Assembly: GCF_009834535.1 (NCBI RefSeq)
Contig: NC_045705.1
Location: forward strand, 32,178,001-32,242,000
Origin: Camelus ferus
Lineage: Eukaryota
DNA: 64,000 bases
Direction: 5' to 3'
Part shown: positions 24,801 through 37,130 of the stretch, one piece after another
Numbering within the stretch: position 1 is the first letter of the stretch
Layout of the letters: every line of letters starts with the position of its first letter
Made by a program: the position numbers and the translations under genes
Notes under the pieces: generated by a model
Databases searched by the model: none
Told to the model about the DNA's origin: nothing
The model's input: the letters and a program-made list of their open reading frames with translations, nothing else

Positions 24801-26639
24801 ATTCTCTGTTGTTTCCTTTTTATGAGGGGTCTAACATCCTAAAATGTTGTATTGATGGAAAGAAAAAACAATTGTAGTTATAAGGTTGTTTTATTATTTA
24901 AGTAAACAAACAGGCAATCAAATAAAGAATCCCCCAGCCCAGATTTCCTTCCAAATATAGACTTTGGGAACTATATTTCATAATTTAGTAGCTGTATCTC
25001 ATTTTATTTGTTTGTTTAATGACTATATCTTCTATTGGACAGAGATGTAAAGGTCACATCTGATTTTTTTCTTACCTTTTTGTACCCCAAATATGGCACA
25101 ATAGCTGGCCCAAAAGATTAAAGGAAGTAATAAATTAATGAATGAACTGATGGTGTGACGAGTATATATATATATATATAAAAAAATATATGTATATAAT
25201 AAAATAAAAGAGTATATATATTTATAAAATTAAAATAAATTGACTTATACAATACACCTTGGAATGATAACTATAGAACAATTTGCTCCTTTGGTCTAAG
25301 ATTTAATAGATGGTGGTGTGTGTTGTACTCTTGACAGAGTGGTTGGAATGGCATAATGAAATATACTACAGCTCTTTTTTTTTTATAAATGCTGAATAAA
25401 AGGGAAATGAATAAAATAAAAATAAATGTCAGTAGGCATCAGCTGCATATAGAGTTTAGGGTCATTCCATAAATCCTGTCAAGATACTAAGTCAAGGTAA
25501 TTAAAGTCATTAACTGTTTTTCTCCTTGGCAGTTATTATAATTCTTGGCTTCTAGTACACACACAGTGAATATTAGTTGATTGAGTAATGTGGGTAAAAA
25601 ATTAGTTACCAGTTAACTTCTAATTAAAAAAAAAATACTCAACATAGCCTTCTCACTGATTACACGTGTGAGTAAACACAAATATTTAGCCGCCAGTTAT
25701 TTGTACGTTAATATGATTCACGGTGTTGGGTCCAAGAATTCTGTCCATTCCTGCTTCTGGGGTCTCAGAATTTTCCTGAGAGTAGGAGGAATTTGAATCT
25801 GACTTGAAGTACAAGAAATTTTACACTTAACCTGGAAGGATGGGCTTGAAAATAGATAAATCAAACAAGCAAAACATCCAATGAGCCATGCTGGTGTTGC
25901 CCCAGTGGGCCAGAGTAAAATGGTGTGGGGTCCTCCTCTCCTTTATGTAAATATTATTACGACAGTGATAGTGCTGAGAACCCCACGGTTGGCATATTAT
26001 CCAGTCATTAGAACCACCCTCTGACAGAGGCACAGAGAAGCCTAAGAGAATCAGAAGGGCTAGTGTGCCGTCTTACGTTAGTGCCCCAGAGAGCACGAGT
26101 GAGATGCAGCCCTACGCTGGGAGAGTAGTTAATTTATTCCTATTTTATCTGTTTTCAAAGCAATCAGGGTATTTCAAAAAGATAAGATCTGATTTTAGAG
26201 TCAATAAAAATTTGGAGAGAATCTTACATTGGCTACCTGTGGGCTGTGTGACCTTGCACAATTATATATATATATAACATATATATTATGCATATTATAT
26301 GTAACATTATATATATCCTGTACCATACTATATAGTATTATACTATACTGGACCATACATACCATGTCAGTATTATAAGATATATAAAACATATATAATA
26401 TATGTATGTATTATAATCTGTACTATAATAATGGAAATAAATATCTCACATAATTGCTCTATGGGTCAAATTAGAGAAGTTGTCTATCTAGCTGTCTGTC
26501 TGTCTATCTATCTATCCTTCCAAGCTGTCACACTTAAGACAGACTGACACATAATTGACAAACAGCAAAGTTCAGTTTCAATTGCTCCACTCCTCTTTTA
26601 TTCTTAGCTTATGCCTAGCACCACATGGTAAGGATTTAT

Positions 26640-27010
26640 TAATAACAGCTCCTATTTGTATAATAATTATGATGTGGAATGCAATATTCTAAACACTTTA
26701 CATATAATTCATTTAATGGTCACAAACTAACAAAATTATGATTCAGGTAGTGTCACTATCATTTTTTGTTTACTGATGAAGGAACTAAGGCACAGAGAGT
26801 TTGAGAACCAAGATGTGTTGAAAACAGGATTGGACCCAAGCTCCTGACTCCAAAGCTTTCTGATGCATTTGCTCTACCATAAGCTAGATTCCTGTTAATT
26901 CCATATTTTGCATAAGAACATGGAAGCTTAGAGTGACACTCCAAGTCATTCAGCTGGTAGTGGACAGATGTAATTCAAATTCAGGTGTGTCTCAGGTCAA
27001 AGCTCATGAC
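26640..27010 (-). mobile_element. MIR fragments
   Basis: ataacagctcctatt...actgatgaaggaactaaggcacagagag...ctgactccaaagct. Confidence 0.6.
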
Positions 27011-27599
27011 AGTAATAGGAGATTGGTTGGAGCCTTAATAATGTGGCGACTGTGAGACTGTGAGTCGCTGAAGGAAGAAAGGAATGACTCACATATTTAC
27101 TGAAAACATAGAGCATGACTCTCAGGGATGTACACGGAGCATCCACTGAGAGCCTGAGAATTCTATGTAGAGAAATGTGAGTGGGAAGAGAAGCCTGAGG
27201 GTAAAAACAGAAGATAGCAAATCTTGCATTCTTGCTTTAGAAGAGACCGAACAAAAAGATCCCATCAAAATGCTTTGATTCACTAAATTCTTCCCAAATA
27301 TAGACCAAAATAATGTTAAAATAGAAAATAAATTAATTCCAAATATCAGGAAGTCAGCCATGCTTCAGTTTTCTCATCTGTAGCAAAATAGCTTATTTAA
27401 ACAAAAAGTGTTTCTGATCCCTGCATAAGCCATGTAAGAAACAGTGACACGAGATAGATTTCTTTGTGCATATGAAACTGATAAATGTGATTTCTTAATT
27501 ATTTAGACGTAAATCAGTGGTTCTTTCTCCCAGATCCACAAAAGCCTATCTTTGCACCTTAAAGCCAGTCTGGTAACCACAGAAGCTACTTACCAAGGA

Positions 27600-27880
27600 A
27601 GGCGCTGTTTTCCAATTACCCAGATTACCCCGATGAATAATTTCACCAATAGAACCAAGGACTTTTACATACATTCTTATGTCATTAGGGACCTAATAAT
27701 TGAAGGATTCTAAACATACGCTTTTCCAAGGGACTCCTAGGGAACAATTAGCAGGTTATTGCTATTGTAATTTACTTTTTAAAATACTTTGATGATTATA
27801 ATAGCAACTCTGTTAGTACTAGTTTGAATGCGCAATTTTCACGGTCATTAATATTGTGGTTGTTTTTAATGATATGTGGA
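27600..27880. promoter_or_regulatory. Candidate OR enhancer (Lhx2/Ebf 'Greek island'-like)
   Basis: Minus strand 27751-27724 reads CTAATTG-T-TCCCTAGGAG-TCCCTTGGAA; further homeodomain sites at 27613, 27682, 27697, 27845, and TTTTTAATGA at 27863-27872. Confidence 0.55.
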
Positions 27881-28090
27881 ATTCTACAAAAGACCCCCTT
27901 TGTTATGGAGGTTCTTTGTAAATAGTTCAGATATTTAAAAATGTAACTATTATTATTTAAATTATTTTAAAAACCACTTGGAAGCTCAAAGCTGTTACCT
28001 GTTATTAGTAGTACTGAAAGCTGATATTCTTGGTGGTTTTGAGGGGTAAGCCCAGTGGAAGATTCTGCAGAGTTTGGTATCAGCAAGTGC

Positions 28091-28594
28091 TGTCTTAAGA
28101 AAATGGAAGGACTTTAGATAAGCATCTTCTGAAAAGATGGGAGGACTTTAAATATGCCTGAGAGCATCTGGCTCTGCTTGGATTAAATCGCGAGGCCCTG
28201 CAGCCGCTGACCTCCAACACACCCTGAAAGGAGTTCAGGATCCAGGTCAGGAATGAGGTGCTCTGTGCTCTGGGAAGACTGCTGAACAGGCCTTCAGATA
28301 GATATTTTCAGGAGGAGATTTTATCAGCCCAAATTCTTGCCTCATATCTAGAAAAGCACTAAAATCATTAACAGTGACACCTGCTCCCCATAACGAGCAG
28401 CAAGCTTCTGCCTAAGTGTATGTCTGACTGCACGTGCCCCCCTTCACTGAAATCATATGTAGTATTGAGTTCCCTCTGCCTCTTCAGAGCAGTTCCTCAG
28501 AGCTGAGATGCTGTCTCCCAGGCTAGATCCTCATTCTGACCCAAATAAAACTTAACTCACAGTTCGCACGTGTGTGATTTTGTTTTAGTTGACA
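28091..28594 (+). mobile_element. ERV1-type LTR
   Basis: tgtc start, caaataaaacttaactc poly(A) region, ends ttttagttgaca. Confidence 0.65.
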
Positions 28595-29256
28595 GATTGT
28601 TGTGATATTTCACATTAGTTTTTGGCTCCAATTGAGAACTTCTAGGAGACAAAAGATCAATTACAAACATCATATAGAGCAGAAATTGTCAGCCCCCAAA
28701 GTTAACCTGTGTGATACAGAGGGCCATCAGGAAAATATATGCTGCTTTCCCCCAAAAACCTACAACACTCACCGTGAAGCAGCCTTAAGGAAATGCTCTT
28801 TGGCATTGGGATTGCTTGAGAATGAATGAATGCTTTCTGTTTGCCTAGAGTTCTTACATCCTCCAGACACGAGATGGCACCAGAGACAACTGTGTAATCA
28901 TCTAGTTAGTGAGAGCCTCTGTTTCCAGGAGATTCTTTTATGCATCCAGCGATTGTCACCCCAATCATGTGTAGCACGCAGCAGAGGAGGGCAATTTCTT
29001 GCACCAGAAGCCCTGGGGCAACTTACAACCATCATAGGTGATCCAAAGACTCCAGCACACAGGAGGGAAGGTTGCTAAAGCTTCTAGAATAAAGAGGCCT
29101 CCTCTGGGAGGCACTAACAGGAGTGCCAAGTGTATTGTAATTCGGACAGATTTCAGAAGCTGCTTTTAGGAGACCCAATTAAATGAAAGAACATTTGTGA
29201 GAACCAGCATAGATTAGCTTAGGTAAAAGTTGTAAATCAAGAATGCGTTGCTTCTA

Positions 29257-29393
29257 AGGGGGAAGGGTAGAGCTTAGTGGTCGAATGGATGCTTAGCATG
29301 CATGAAGTTGTCCCAGGTTCGGTCCCATACCTCTATTTAAAATAATAAAAATAATAAACAAACAAACAAACAAACCTAATTACCCTTCCCCTC
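29257..29393 (+). mobile_element. tRNA-derived SINE (camelid Vic-type) with TSD
   Basis: Degenerate A and B boxes, (aaac)n tail with cctaattaccc; TSD aatgc(g/a)ttgcttc at 29242-29254 and 29396-29408. Confidence 0.8.
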
Positions 29394-29653
29394 AAAATGC
29401 ATTGCTTCCAGATCTCAGAATATCTGTAAGACGTCATCTTCGTTTTAATATTATGGGTATGAAGAAGATCGATAATTGTTTCCTTGTAGTTGTAAGGATG
29501 GGACAACTTTGAGTTTGCCAAAGAGTCTTCAGGAATGTAACTGAGCCGGTGGAGCCTGACTGTAGTCAGGATCACGGCCCAACCCCTTTCATGATCTTCT
29601 TTGTCCATGTGTGTTCTTGTTCACTGGGCTGCACCCCACAGGCCTGCTAGGCT

Positions 29654-30103
29654 TGTAAATGCCCAGCCTGAAGACCGAAGAAAGAGCCACTGACGCTGAC
29701 AGAGACATCAGTGGTTTATTGGACAGGGGATCTTACACATCCCAGGCAAAGGTGTCCTGGAACGACACCCTCTATGGATGGCAGAAGGCAGGCAGGACAT
29801 GGCAGCACCTTCCCTACCGGGGGAGAGGAGGTCACCAGTTAGAGACGGAACTGAGGTCAGGTTGGCTCCCTGGTTACCAGGGAAACCAGCAAGGGGCACG
29901 CCCCTCACTGCCCTTTGATAAACTAGCTAAAGATTAGAACAATCACTAGTTAGGGCTGGGGCGCTAGTATGTAGGCGTTCACTGATTAGGCTCTAGGATT
30001 AAGAGGGAAGGTCAGCCAGGTGAGTAGGTGTAGGAGAAACAGGGGCTGGTGAGCAGGGCATGTACAGAGAGCGAGACAACAGCCATCTTGGGGGGCCTGA
30101 TCA
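29654..30103 (-). mobile_element. LTR (solo)
   Basis: Minus strand tg...ca termini, AATAAA at 29720-29715. Confidence 0.6.
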
Positions 30104-30164
30104 GACCCAGTTGGCTTGCAAACTTGAGAATTTCCCCAGCAGAATTTAAAAGTGGCCCTCATAC

Positions 30165-30560
30165 ATGGAGGGCAAGGACAGGCTGAAGAAAGAAGCAGAT
30201 CACTCCAGGTTGGGTGGTGACAGGTTTAATAATTTGTAATAACTTACATATGAGGCTTGTCTTGCACGGCCACAAGACAGGTAGATCTCAGTACCCACCC
30301 ACTAGGACCTTTAAAGTGTATATAAAGCCCTTCACTGGCCGGGCTATTGAGATTCCCCATGAGCAGCCAAGTAAAGATGCGTTATAGTCCTTCAGAGGGG
30401 AAGGCAAACTGCCTCTGAGATGCTGCTGGAATAGGCACTGAAGAGAACATATTAGGTTAATCTATAGCTGCAACATATTTAACAGTTGCTCACTGAATGG
30501 TGGGTAATGTCAGTAACACTGCCCATGGAGACCCTGCGGGTGGAACCATGGCCTTAAGAT
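30165..30560 (-). mobile_element. LTR fragment (boundaries approximate)
   Basis: ATTAAA at 30230-30225 in an LTR R/U5-like context, TATATA upstream. Confidence 0.5.
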
Positions 30561-30736
30561 CGTGGCAGTATAGTGTCATTCATTATTTTCAACCTTAAGA
30601 GCTGAACAAATTGGGCTGCAAAATGGAGAAGCAGTGGGGATCATCACACCTTCTCTAAACAGGTATTACATGATGGGTTTAAACCCTTGAAATCTCTGTT
30701 TTATTTTACTTTGGGCCATTTTAACTGTTTTAACCA

Positions 30737-31047
30737 TGTGGGTGAAATGGAATGAATTGTCTTTCCAAAATTCTTATGTTGAAACCCTAATCCACAGTGT
30801 GATGGTGTGTGGAGATGCGACATTTGGGAAGTATATGACAGTTCTCCAGAGAAACAGAATAAACAGATAGATGAATACAAAGATGGATATCTATCTGTCT
30901 GGAGAGAGATTTATTACAGGAATCAGATTGTGAGATTATGGCGGCCAAGCAGATAGTCCAAGGAGCATCAGTCACTGAGGGAAGGAAAGACGAATGTCCC
31001 AGCTCAAGTAAAGGGAGAGAAATCCACCTTTCCTCTGACTTTTTGTT
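30737..31047. mobile_element. MLT1 5' part interrupted by an MLT2 (ERVL) LTR fragment
   Basis: ttcttatgttgaaaccctaatcc (MLT1), then gttctccagagaaacagaa...gagatttattacaggaat...gtcccagctcaag (MLT2, minus strand). Confidence 0.65.
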
Positions 31048-31490
31048 GTGAAATGTCAGAGTTTGGCACAGAGAAAGGTTTATTGCAGAGAGAAGCAAAT
31101 AGGACCCAGTGTCTCATGATCAAAAAAAAAAAACAAAAAATAAAAAGCCAAATACCCAAAGAGTTTCAACAAAGCACATTTAAAGGCCAGATAAGGGAGA
31201 GAGTTTGCAGGGTACAGGATCAGCTTGTGCACAATCCTCTGATGGGTTGATGTAGAGGTAAGAGGGTGGTCCACACTATCGACCCCTGGGTACCAGAATG
31301 TCTGGGGCCACGTGCCCTTGACCATCAAGTAGTTAATTTCTTCCCTTTGGTGGTGGTTTTTAGCATCTGAAAAACTCAGGGAATACACATGAGATACTAT
31401 TACCTGGGTACTTCAGAGATGAGCTACAGCAGAGGATGTGGGGGAGCAGGCTGTCCTGGGAAGGCCCCCACAGGGTCCTGCTCGGTTACA
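31048..31490 (-). mobile_element. ERV1-class LTR
   Basis: Minus strand begins tgtaaccgagcaggaccctgtggggg; AATAAA at 31084-31079. Confidence 0.7.
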
Positions 31491-31780
31491 ATCTACCCCC
31501 CACACACCAAGAAACGGTGAAAATCCGTATTACTCATATAACAAGGTTTTCTGGAGACAGTAGGGCAGCTCCAAAGCGGGTCCACAAATGCTTCCAGAGA
31601 ACAAGGAAAGGAGAGTGGCTCGGTGTTTTTATGGCGGTTAGGGTACCAGGGTGGGTTGAAGGTTCCTGCGTGTGGGTCAGGGATCATGTGGTTTGAACTT
31701 CCCACTGACACTAGAGTAGGAAGCGCCAGGCTTTCTGAGCAGCTTGTTCAGATGTGGGGGGAATGGGAGCAGGGAGGATG

Positions 31781-32620
31781 GACCTTGAGGATGTTATGTT
31801 ACGTGAAATAAGTTGGATAGAGAAAGACAAATACTTATGATTTCACTCATATGTGGAATATTAACTGCAGAGCCAGCTGCCACCCTGTAGAGTCATAAAC
31901 CCCCACCCCTGGGCTCTCTGGGTGCCTGGAGCCTAGGGAAACCTTAGCCCCACTCCCCACTGCAGGGCTTTTTGCATACCTGCATCTCTGCAGGATATAA
32001 AACTTCTTGATGTGTGTTTACTCTAATAAAACCCATCGCGCCAGGAGACAGCCCCTCCCGCGGACAGGTCTCACAACCTCCCCTTATCAAACTGCTAAAA
32101 ACTGTTGTTCAGAGAAGTCCCTGACAGATCTTACAACCAGCTGTGCACGAACTGATCATGCAGCCCCTACTCCTTGTGTGCACAGCGCCCTCCCCCTAGT
32201 AAAAGACCCTGCACGCCCACCCGCGGCACTCACACAGGCACCTCTCCCCTGTGTGGCCCAGTGTCACCCACATCAGTGTAACTATTAAACTTTCCTAAAC
32301 TCCTCTCAGTTTCTGGTAATTCTTTACCAACCCACGTTACCAGCCCGCTGCATTGTGACCCACAACATTAAATCAATCAATCAATCAATCAAAATGAACA
32401 AACCAAAGCAAACACATGGCTGCGAGAACAGAGTAGTCGTTACCAGAGAAGATGAGGTATCAGGAGGGGACGGTGGGTCAAGCGGGTGAACTCTGGTGAC
32501 AGACGCAAGCTTAAGTTTTGTGGTGAGCACACTGCACAGCATTCAGGTGTCAAAATACAATATTGTATACATAAAGCTTATATCCTGTTATAGAGCCAAA
32601 AAAGGCTGTCTGCAGTTGAA
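31781..32620 (+). mobile_element. L1 3' end interrupted by the LTR at 31865-32367
   Basis: gaccttgagg...gagaaagacaaatacttatgatttcactcatatgtggaat, resuming at aatgaacaaaccaaagcaaacac...ttaccagag. Confidence 0.7.
31865..32367 (+). mobile_element. CpG-rich (younger) solo LTR nested in L1, ttaa TSD
   Basis: ttaa on both sides (31861-31864 and 32368-32371), attaaa signal, ends gacccacaaca. Confidence 0.7.
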
Positions 32621-33229
32621 TATCAACATAGAGACAGATTTTATTACACTTTCTTGTACATAAAAGGGAGGACATGTTGGTGGCTGATCAGTCGTACTTC
32701 CTCCCAGGAGAATATTGGGGTGATGGTCTCTTCCGTTTTGTAATCTCCCTGCCCTCTGCAGCCTAAGCTGGCAACGCTTTTGTTGAAAGGACTTTCTCGA
32801 ATACTTTGTGACCGCCCGTGGATGTCACAGTGTTTCACTCCCTTTGACAAAGCTACACTCGCAGGTTTCTTTCAAAGTAAGAACTGCTCTACTGAGGTCC
32901 CTGCTGAGATATGGAAGGGCAGCCCACGGACGTTTCCTAGGGGCTCCGTGGACTGACTCAGATGGTCTGCGAGCCACATCCTTAATGTCCTGAAAGCACT
33001 AATTGTGTGAGAGAGCACGTCTGTGGTCCCTTGAAATGGCTCAGGTTTTAACAACAAATTGTACAAGTCTTTAGTTCCATGCCCTGTGCTCAGAAGCCAT
33101 TTTTAAAATTTAGGATTTTTTGTTTGCTTTTACCTTCTGATGGCTTCAGAAAATTTTCAAATTTTTCAAACACTGGAACCTTGTTTATTGGTTCTTTCCT
33201 TAATTTTTCTCCTGTTACATTTTACCTTA

Positions 33230-33800
33230 AGCAGTAAGAAGATTCTAGGCACCCTTTCAACATTTTGCTGGGAAATCTTATCACTATAATCAACTTTATC
33301 ACAAGTTCTGCTTTCCATAAAACTGCAAGAGAGAATTTTATGAAGCTGCGTCTGTGTAACAAGACTGTCCCTCCCTCCAGTTTCCAGTAACAAATTCCTC
33401 TCATTCTTTCGAGCCCTCACTGTCCATTCCAGGTGATTTAGACTTTCCCTATCCAGCTCCTCAAAATTCTACTTGCCTTCCCCCAAATCCCACTTACAAA
33501 GACACCCCTGCCTTTTTAGGTTTTTATCCCAGCAGTGTTTCCCTAACAAGTAACAGTATTTGTGTTATTGATACATTCCTGCGTAATCACCTGTAGCAAG
33601 CTCGGTGACCTAAGATAACACATCTTTATTTCTTTATATTTTCAGTGGATTAGGATTCTGGCTGCTTTGCAAGACATCAATCAAAGCATCAGAGGGGCTG
33701 TGGTCTCATCTGAATATCTGATGGGGACAAACCTGCTGTCATGTACACTCAAGTTTTTTGGGGATAATTTATTTCTTTGAGTCTGTTGTCTGGGAGTTTC
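33230..33800 (-). mobile_element. MLT-int plus MLT1 LTR fragment
   Basis: ccagtttccagtaacaaattcctctc... and gtctcatctgaa...tggggac. Confidence 0.55.
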
Positions 33801-33849
33801 TCTCCATTCTCTGTTAAAGACATGAAGGTATCAAAAGACAAGGCGTAGC

Positions 33850-34130
33850 CTGGGATAGAATATTTGCACATGTCATATCTAACAGAGCACTGTGTCTTTT
33901 ACACACACACACACACACACATATATATTATACACATATAAACTCAATAATAATGAAACCAACAACCCAAGTAAGAAGTTGACAAGCAATTTGAATACTT
34001 CATCGAAGAAGATATAGAGATGACAAATAAGGCCATGAAGAGATGGTCACGTCACATTTGATTAGGAAAAGGAAAATTGAAAGAAAATGAAAAGTCACTA
34101 GATACTTCAGAATTGGCAAACCACCCCCCC

Positions 34131-34196
<66 letters not shown>

Positions 34197-34830
34197 GCTA
34201 ACAAAAACAGAACAGTGAAGCAACCCCACCCTGATAATGCTTAGTGCTGGGGAGGACTCAGAGCAGGTGGAACACACATGCCTTCCTGGTAAGAATGCAA
34301 ACTGTCTGGGAGGGGCAGCCCCTCTGGAAAATGAGTTGGCAGTTCATTATGAAGTTAATTACACTCTTAACATACACATTTACCCAGAAGTCTACTTTAT
34401 AGAGACAGAAAAACTTGTATTTACACAAAAATTGATTACCAAATATTCAGGGCATCTATGCTCATGACAGTGAAATTCTGGAAACAGCTCAAATGTCCTT
34501 CATCCGAGGAATGGGCAAATGAGCTGGGGTACCTGGTGCAGTGGGATATCACTAAGCAATGTAAACAAACAGACTCTACCGCCATGTGCTGTGCCGAGTG
34601 AACACGGCAAATGCTGAATGCTTTGTGCCCAAGTGAAAATCCAGGCTTAGAAGCCTTTACCAAGTGATTCCATTTATACGACATTCTGGAAAAGGCAAAA
34701 CCACATGGACAGAGGGCAGGCCCTCTGCTGGTAAAGTTGGTGGGACTTGTTAACTACAGAGACAAAAAATGAGAATTTTGATGGCTGATTGAACTGTTCT
34801 GTATCTTGATTGTAGTTTTGATGATACATC
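33850..34830 (+). mobile_element. Old L1M ORF2 end/3' UTR with (CA)30 at 34134-34194
   Basis: gaatatttgcac...aactcaataat...aagaagatatagagatg...ccatttatacgacattctggaaaaggcaaaac. Confidence 0.75.
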
Positions 34831-35262
34831 TTTTTAAATTTTTTCATTGAAGTATAGTCAGTTTACAATATTGTGTCAATTTCTGGCAAACAGCACAATA
34901 CTTCAGTCATATAGGAACATACATATATTCATTTTCATGTTCTTTTTAACCATAAGTTACTACAAGATATTGAACATAGTTCCCTGTGCCATACAGTATA
35001 AACCTGTTGTTTATCTATTTCATATATATTAGTTATAGCTGTAAATTTCAAACTCCCAGTTTATCCCTTCCCATCCCCTTTCCCTCCTGGTAACCATAAG
35101 TTTGTTTTCTATGTCTGTGAGTCTGTTTCTGTTTTGTGAATAAGTTTGTTTGTCTGCTATTTTTTAGATTCCACATATAAGTGATCTCATGGTATTTTTC
35201 TTTCTCTTCCTGGCTTACTTCACTTAGAATGACCGTCTCCAGGTCCATCCATGTTGCTGCAA
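34831..35262 (-). mobile_element. Young L1 3' end
   Basis: ttttcattgaagtatagtcagtttacaat...ggcttacttcacttagaatgac. Confidence 0.85.
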
Positions 35263-35399
35263 AAAAAGTGCATTTTAATTGGTATGTAAAGTTAAAATTT
35301 ACTATATGTAACTTACAAAGAAATTTAAAGTATTGTCAATTAATGGAAGCATCAATGTGATGTTATTCCTGACCCAGTTTAAAGAATACATTTTATCCT

Positions 35400-37130
35400 C
35401 ATTCACCAGCCAAGCTCCCTTGACAACTTTACCTCCAAGGCCAGCCTGGATGTTCGGAAATAATCTCAGTTAAATATTGTCAGGGGGTCTTTGTGGCCCC
35501 ACCAGAGTCACTTGCTGGGTACAGACACTTTCATGTGTGTGGCTAACACAGATCAGAGAGAGGGACACGTGGACGATGATGCTAAATGATGTTAAAACAA
35601 AATAAATGTAGTTTATGTCACCAATGTTATGATGATATTTGCACAATACTGTTAAACTTGGGCTACATTTGAAAAACAGTAAACTGAAACCTGTCAAGAC
35701 GAGGGGCCAGCTCATTCTTCCTGATGAGGCCATTTGTAAATATTTAGCTGACTTTATTTTAACGATAAAATTTTAGTTATAAGAACTGGTTATCACAATT
35801 GCATGAATCTTCAAGGGAAGATGGTTGGGACGTAACCACAGATCAGTGCTCGTAGGGGTATCATTACTCACAAGCTCTTGAAGTCGCTCTCCCCACTTTG
35901 GGATGCTGTTGCAAACAACGCTGCAGGATCACAGGCTTTGTGAGCCAAGTTGTAAAGAAAACCTACGGAGCCTGCAGATGTACCAGTGCGTTATGATGTC
36001 AAAATCACATAGGAGCAGCAAAATGGCTTTTTTAAAAAATATAATAGATTTGTACAAAAACTGCTCTCAAATATCTGACTGCAGGACAAATATCTGAAAG
36101 CCAAAACTTCAGAAATATGCAATTCTTTTTTTTGAAATATCAACAGGTCATCCTAAGACATTGCTTATTACTCTGTCATTGCCACTCAGAGTATATTAAA
36201 TTCCTGCACAATCCTAATGAAAGGTGTCTGTCTTCACAGCTGTTTATACCCACAAGAGTTCATACATCCAATGAAGGTGTGTTGTATACATGCATGGCAA
36301 AGAAAAGCACCCTGGGAACTCCCAAAGTGTTCAGTGATGCCACACTCATAAAAAGTATGAAAACTTGCACGCACCAGGAGCATTTCCTATGACGAAATGA
36401 CACAGCTAACGTCGACATGCATGTGTGTACAATTACAACTAAAACTACCGAGTGGCGTAACTGTCAGAAGAAATGCCGGCAGAAGTTCTCAGGAAAAGAT
36501 GCACCAAATAATCTCTACATGTCAGTTGCTGATTTAAGAATGAAATTGAGAGGACAGGCATTAATGATTATATTGACAGACGTTCACTGTCCTTGATAAC
36601 ATCAGTTAAAAGGTTTAACAGTTTCAAACCCCTTAAAGAGGATTAAAAACACGAGGAATAGATTAGGGAAGGCACACTACTGGAGTGCAATTGTGTGGAC
36701 TTCGGAAAATTCAGAAAATAGCTTTTAACAAGTTTCTATGCTTTACGTTAACATATTTTTTTAAAAATTATAAATTGGCATAACATTAGCTGTTTGGAGT
36801 GCAATGATGAAAGAGGAGAAATAATTCAAAGCAAATTATTCTGGGGCCAAAATTACTAAGTAGAATGTAGAAATGTGTGCAAAGTAGAAATGTGTGCAAA
36901 ACAGGTTGAGAAAAATAAGAAAGCCCCCTACTATCATGCACTTAGGAAGAGAACTAAATGCGTGGACGCTTTCCCTCTGGTGTTACGACTGGAGCAATTC
37001 CACACGAGTGTACAGTGGGTTAAATAAATCTGCTCCCAATGTTTGCAGGTCCTCTGAAGTGTCTGGATTTTTCCAGGAGTCTGATGTAGGGCACAGCAGT
37101 GTTCAGCTGTCCATTCTCTCATTCAATCCC
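35400..37130 (+). other. Candidate endogenous bornavirus-like L element (EBLL), heavily decayed
   Basis: Non-repeat, CpG-containing interval. Hand translation gives collinear motifs LLGTDTFMCV, AFLKNIID, HKSSY, VADLRM, NDYID..VKRFN, ERGEIIQSKLF, D.S.WC and GFF..FNP, resembling my recollection of BoDV L residues ~31-600. No search was run. Confidence 0.4.

Noticed and set aside
36860-36900. Short tandem duplication aagtagaaatgtgtgcaa (and a similar one at 8800-8835)
   Set aside because: Ordinary slippage duplications, not a spacer array.
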